A DNA stretch of 37,634 bases from Acidobacteriota bacterium (GTDB taxonomy: Bacteria; Acidobacteriota; UBA6911; JACQSX01): contig JACQGG010000020.1 in NCBI GenBank assembly GCA_016199665.1, forward strand, positions 1 to 37,634. Direction: 5' to 3'. Position 1 is the stretch's first letter; each line of letters opens with the position of its first letter. The notes under the pieces are model-generated. The model did not search any database and was not told where the DNA came from. It saw nothing but the letters and a program-made list of their open reading frames with translations. This document shows positions 33,784 through 37,634 of the stretch, in pieces. The translations under genes were made by a program, and so were the position numbers.

Positions 33784-35724
33784 ATGGTTTCAAGCTACAA
33801 TAAGTGCAGGATGAATCCCTTAAGTCCAGGCCAAGACATCGGACATCCAAGCTGGGACCGCAAGAGGGCGGACCTCTCGAGGTCGCGACTTCCGCTTGCT
33901 GAGATCCGTTTCCCGGATTTTTCACGGCGGCACCCTCGGCACGCGGCATCCCCCCGGCGGCCGCGGGTCAGGCGCGCCCTTTCATGCATGGCTTTGAACG
34001 CAATTCTTCTCTGCGTCGCATCGGCTCAGGACGCGGGCCGTTCCGACCGCGGGACCGGCAAGGACAAAAGTCCGCCGGGCAGCTCGGAACAGAGCCGGTT
34101 TGAGCAGCTCGTGGCCCAGTGGATGGAAGATTCCCTGCGGCTTGACCCGGTTCAGGCGACCATTCTGGGAATCCACAAGTATGACGATCAACTCGGTGAT
34201 TTCTCGGCGGAGGGCTTCCGCACCCGCTCCGAACTGGCCAAAAGACACCTGAGCGCTCTGGAGAGTATCCCGGTGGCTTCGCTGTCACCGTCAGCTCAGG
34301 CCGACTACCGGGTGTTGCAAGGACATTTGAAAGTCGCGGTCAAGGACCTGGACCAGATTCAGTCCTGGAAGAGAATGCCTTCGCTCTATTCGGATATCCC
34401 CACCAGGATCGTTTTCCTGATGGCGTCCCGGGAGTATGCGCCGCTTGAGGACCGTCTGAAGAACATCATCGCCCGCATGCGACAGATTCCGGAAGTGCTG
34501 GAGGCCGCCAGACGCAACCTGAACGACCCGCCCCGGATCTGGACTGAAATTGCTATTGATTCCACCGGTGGGAGCATTGAATTCTTTGACCGCACTGTCC
34601 CGGTTCTTGCCGGCGCCATCCCCCCGCTGCAGCAGAGCCTTGCTCTTGAAAGCCGGCGCGCAGCCGACGCCTTTCGCGAACATTTGAAATTCCTCAAGGA
34701 AGACCTGCTGCCGCGATCCGGGGGAGACTTCAAAGCTGGAAAAGAGAACTTTGAGTACTATCTTAAGAACAACTACTTGCTGGAAGAGAGCAGCGACCAG
34801 CTGCTGGCATTGGGGCGCATGGTTTTTGACCGGACCAGAAAACAGGTCATCGACGTGGCGAAGCTGGTCGATTCCGGCAAGGACTGGAAAGAGGTGCTGG
34901 ACGGCGTCAAGCGACATCATCCATCCGCCTCCACGTTGATGGATGAATACCGCAGGGAAGTCGCGCGGGCCCGAGCTTTCCTGCTGAAGAAAGACCTGGT
35001 CGCTATTCCCGCGGACGAAAAGCTTCAGATTATCGAGACACCCGTTTTCCAGCGCGGAACGGTTCCTTACGCCCAGTATTACAGTCCCGCGCCCTATGAA
35101 AAAGATCAGACCGGATACTTTACCGTTACTCCTGTGGACACCGGCCGGCCGCCGCAAGAGCAGGAAGCGCAACTGAGCGGTCATAGTCACGGCGATATCG
35201 TCAATACGGCTGTCCACGAGGCATACCCCGGTCATCATTTGCAGTTTCTTTACTCCAATCGAAGTGAATCGACGATCAAGAAAATATTAGCGAGCTCTAT
35301 CTTCTCGGAAGGATGGGGACTTTATTCGGAGGAACTGCTTTCCGAGAGCGGCTATTACTCTCCGGAGGAAAGACTCATCCAGTTGCAGTGGACGCTGGTG
35401 CGGGCGGCCCGAGTCCTGATTGACGTCGGACTGCACACGGGCAGCATGTCTTTCGACGATGCAGTCGCCTTTCTGACAGACGAAGTGCGGCTGGACAAAG
35501 CCGGGGCAACCGCGGAAGTCAGGCGCTACACCATGAATCCCACACAGCCTCTCAGCTATCTCGTGGGGCGCGAGTTGATCTTCCGGATTCGGGATGACTA
35601 CGCCCGAAAACAGGGAAAGAAATACAAGCTCAAGAACTTCCACGCTGAACTGCTCGGCAGCGGCGCGATCCCGCCTCCGTTGATTCGGGAGCTGATGCAG
35701 CGGAAGGGACTGCTGGAAAGGTGA
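33784..35724 (+). CDS. DUF885 family exported protein (putative metallopeptidase-like)
   Basis: AT.LG.H.YD, HEAYPGHHLQ, FSEGWGLYSE, RAARVLIDVGLH, EVRRY..PTQPLSYLVG, FH..LL..G. True start probably downstream of 33784; signal-like ALNAILLCVASA. Confidence 0.88.
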   Translation: MVSSYNKCRMNPLSPGQDIGHPSWDRKRADLSRSRLPLAEIRFPDFSRRHPRHAASPRRPRVRRALSCMALNAILLCVASAQDAGRSDRGTGKDKSPPGSSEQSRFEQLVAQWMEDSLRLDPVQATILGIHKYDDQLGDFSAEGFRTRSELAKRHLSALESIPVASLSPSAQADYRVLQGHLKVAVKDLDQIQSWKRMPSLYSDIPTRIVFLMASREYAPLEDRLKNIIARMRQIPEVLEAARRNLNDPPRIWTEIAIDSTGGSIEFFDRTVPVLAGAIPPLQQSLALESRRAADAFREHLKFLKEDLLPRSGGDFKAGKENFEYYLKNNYLLEESSDQLLALGRMVFDRTRKQVIDVAKLVDSGKDWKEVLDGVKRHHPSASTLMDEYRREVARARAFLLKKDLVAIPADEKLQIIETPVFQRGTVPYAQYYSPAPYEKDQTGYFTVTPVDTGRPPQEQEAQLSGHSHGDIVNTAVHEAYPGHHLQFLYSNRSESTIKKILASSIFSEGWGLYSEELLSESGYYSPEERLIQLQWTLVRAARVLIDVGLHTGSMSFDDAVAFLTDEVRLDKAGATAEVRRYTMNPTQPLSYLVGRELIFRIRDDYARKQGKKYKLKNFHAELLGSGAIPPPLIRELMQRKGLLER

Positions 35725-36031
35725 GCCGCAAATGAACGCGAATGAACGCGAATGTTGTCGGCCGCTGGTGTTTCTTGCCGCTCGCCGCGAATGAACGCGA
35801 ATGTTGTTGGGCGCTGGTGTTTCTTGCCGCTCGCCGCGAATGAACGCGATTCTTGTCGGCCACTGATTTCTTGCCGTTTGCCGGGCCGGGAAGGGACGCG
35901 AATGAACGCGCACCTCTGCCGATGCACCGGCTCGGTCAGCCCCGCCTCTTGACTCGAGAGGCGCAGGAGGCACGTAGAATGCGCCCACCTGCATCGGTAG
36001 AGATGCGCGTTCATTTGCGTTCATTTGCGGC
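35725..36031. mobile_element. 307-bp MITE-like palindromic element with 26-bp terminal inverted repeats
   Basis: gccgcaaatgaacgcgaatgaacgcg (35725-35750) and cgcgttcatttgcgttcatttgcggc (36006-36031) are 25/26 complementary. No target-site duplication seen, so mobility is inferred. Confidence 0.55.
35737..35882. repeat. Three tandem 49-bp repeats (third degenerate)
   Basis: Units begin cgcgaatgaacgcga at 35737, 35786 and 35835; units 1 and 2 differ at 2 positions. Confidence 0.9.
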
Positions 36032-36775
36032 CCTTGTCAGTCTGACGAAGTATTCCTGATTCCCTTCAGCGCCCAGAATCGGGCAAGGAAAGACTTGGGG
36101 ATCGACAAAGCCTGCCCGGAACCCGGCCTCGACGACACGCTGCACCACGCTTCTCCCTTCTTCCGGATTCTGGACCAGCCCGCCCCGAGCGATCCGATCC
36201 GGGGGCAACTCGAACTGCGGCTTGACCAGAAGCAGCAGCAGCGAGTCGGCTTCTCTTTTGGCCTGAAAGCCGGCGGCGATCGCGGGCACAATCCGTCGCA
36301 AGGAAATGAATGATACATCGACCGTCATCAAGAAGAAGGACCGGGGAAGGTCATCGGGATTCAAATACCGCACATTGAATTGATCGCGTAGGCTAACACG
36401 GGGGTCGGTGGCCAGACGCCAGGCAATCTGGCCGCGACCAACGTCAAATGCGTAAACATGGCAGGCGCCATTTTGCAGAAGGCAGTCCACGAATCCTCCG
36501 GTCGAAGACCCGAGGTCGACGCATACGCGGTCCCGCACCGGGATCTGGAAGAACTCCAAAGCGCGTTGGAGCTTCTCGCCGCCGCGGCTGACAAACCGGG
36601 GCGACCTGCGCACTTCAATCGCCGCTGTGGATGAGACGAGCGTCCCCGGCTTCTCAATTTTGTTGGAACCAACAAAGACGCGCCCGGCCAGAATCAGGGC
36701 GTGGGCCTTTTGACGATTTTCAGCGAATCCGCTCTCGACGAGTAACTGGTCAAGTCGAGCTTTCGATTTCGGCAT
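36011..36775 (-). CDS. tlyA: TlyA family rRNA methyltransferase (S4 + FtsJ domains)
   Basis: [49 protein letters not shown]. Confidence 0.95.
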   Translation of the reverse strand: MPKSKARLDQLLVESGFAENRQKAHALILAGRVFVGSNKIEKPGTLVSSTAAIEVRRSPRFVSRGGEKLQRALEFFQIPVRDRVCVDLGSSTGGFVDCLLQNGACHVYAFDVGRGQIAWRLATDPRVSLRDQFNVRYLNPDDLPRSFFLMTVDVSFISLRRIVPAIAAGFQAKREADSLLLLLVKPQFELPPDRIARGGLVQNPEEGRSVVQRVVEAGFRAGFVDPQVFPCPILGAEGNQEYFVRLTRAANERK

Positions 36776-37634
36776 TCATCCAGGAAGATTTTGACGCGAT
36801 GGTAGATTCCGTCGGCATCAAGCCCATACTTGGCGTACAGCAGATCGGGCGGGCCGTGGGGAATAATGCGGTCGGGCACGGCAATGCGCAGGATCTTGAT
36901 GTCAAAGAGGCGCCGGTCGGCCAGCATTTCCAGTACGGAACTGGCAAAGCCTCCGTGCTCGCTGTGATCCTCCAGCATCACCAGCAGTCCCGTTCGCGCT
37001 GCCGCCGACAGGATCAAAGCCTCATCCAGCGGCTTCACAAAGCGCGCGTTAATAACCCCGGCTTCAACCCCGTCCTTATGCAGCATTTCGGCCGCCGTCA
37101 ATGCCGGATGGACCATGCTGCCCAGAGCGACCAGCGCCAGGTCCCGCCCCTCCCGCAACTGCTCTCCTTTGCCGATTTCCAGCGCATGGAGTTCTTCATC
37201 CAGCGTGACGCCCAAGCCACTGCCGCGCGGGTAACGAACGGCCGCAGGATGGGGACATTCAATGCAGGTCTTCAGCATATGCTGCAGTTCGTTCTCGTCC
37301 TTGGGCGCCATGACATGCATGTGAGGCAGAGTCCGCAGGTATGCCAGATCATAAATTCCATGGTGTGTTGTTCCGTCCTGCCCCACCAGGCCTGCGCGAT
37401 CCAGGGCGAAAGTGACCGGCAAATCCATCAGGCAGACGTCATGCACGATCTGATCATAGGCGCGCTGCAGGAAGGTTGAGTAAATCGCCGCCACGGGCTT
37501 GAGGCCTTCCAGAGCCATCCCGGCGCAAAACGTCACGCCGTGCTGCTCGGCGATGCCCACGTCATAGAACCGGTCCGGGAAGGCCTGCTGGAACTTGTCG
37601 AGCCCCGTCCCGTCGGGCATGGCGGCGGTGATGC
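36694..37634 (-). CDS. dxs: 1-deoxy-D-xylulose-5-phosphate synthase, C-terminal part (5' end outside window)
   Basis: [64 protein letters not shown]; dxs-tlyA gene order. Confidence 0.96.
   Translation of the reverse strand, partial: ITAAMPDGTGLDKFQQAFPDRFYDVGIAEQHGVTFCAGMALEGLKPVAAIYSTFLQRAYDQIVHDVCLMDLPVTFALDRAGLVGQDGTTHHGIYDLAYLRTLPHMHVMAPKDENELQHMLKTCIECPHPAAVRYPRGSGLGVTLDEELHALEIGKGEQLREGRDLALVALGSMVHPALTAAEMLHKDGVEAGVINARFVKPLDEALILSAAARTGLLVMLEDHSEHGGFASSVLEMLADRRLFDIKILRIAVPDRIIPHGPPDLLYAKYGLDADGIYHRVKIFLDECRNRKLDLTSYSSRADSLKIVKRPTP

Noticed and set aside
35737-35910. Possible CRISPR array
   Set aside because: The intervening sequences are near-identical tandem copies rather than unique spacers, and there are no cas genes in the window.

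Overview
Bacterial, GC-rich chromosome segment. Positions 1-30607 hold a single-direction (minus strand) surface-glycosylation gene cluster of about 21 genes that runs off the left edge. It contains nucleotide-sugar enzymes (three extended-SDR epimerases, a GDP-fucose/colitose-synthase-like reductase, a ColD-type 3-dehydratase, a UDP-Glc/GDP-Man dehydrogenase, a Gfo/Idh/MocA oxidoreductase and a DegT aminotransferase). It also has tailoring enzymes (two B12-binding radical SAM proteins, an ATP-grasp ligase, a HAD phosphatase), GT2/GT4 glycosyltransferases, a polyprenol-phosphate-sugar-synthase-like GT2 fused to a degenerate GT2, and a Wzx-type flippase. Two GT-C-like membrane proteins are present, one a 2008-aa giant with internally repeated extracytoplasmic modules. 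A gene absent from the ORF track (1599 to <1) fuses a membrane/coiled-coil region to a GT2 domain. No recognisable Wzy, Wzz or ABC exporter lies in the window, so the cluster looks like a lipid-carrier/GT-C-based glycosylation system with unusual sugar chemistry. The right part (30.9-37.6 kb) holds a glycine-zipper exported protein, a GntR regulator, adenosine deaminase, a DUF885 protein, tlyA and the 3' part of dxs, plus two palindromic repeat elements. No tRNA, rRNA or CRISPR array was seen. All assignments come from motif reading only; no database searches were run.
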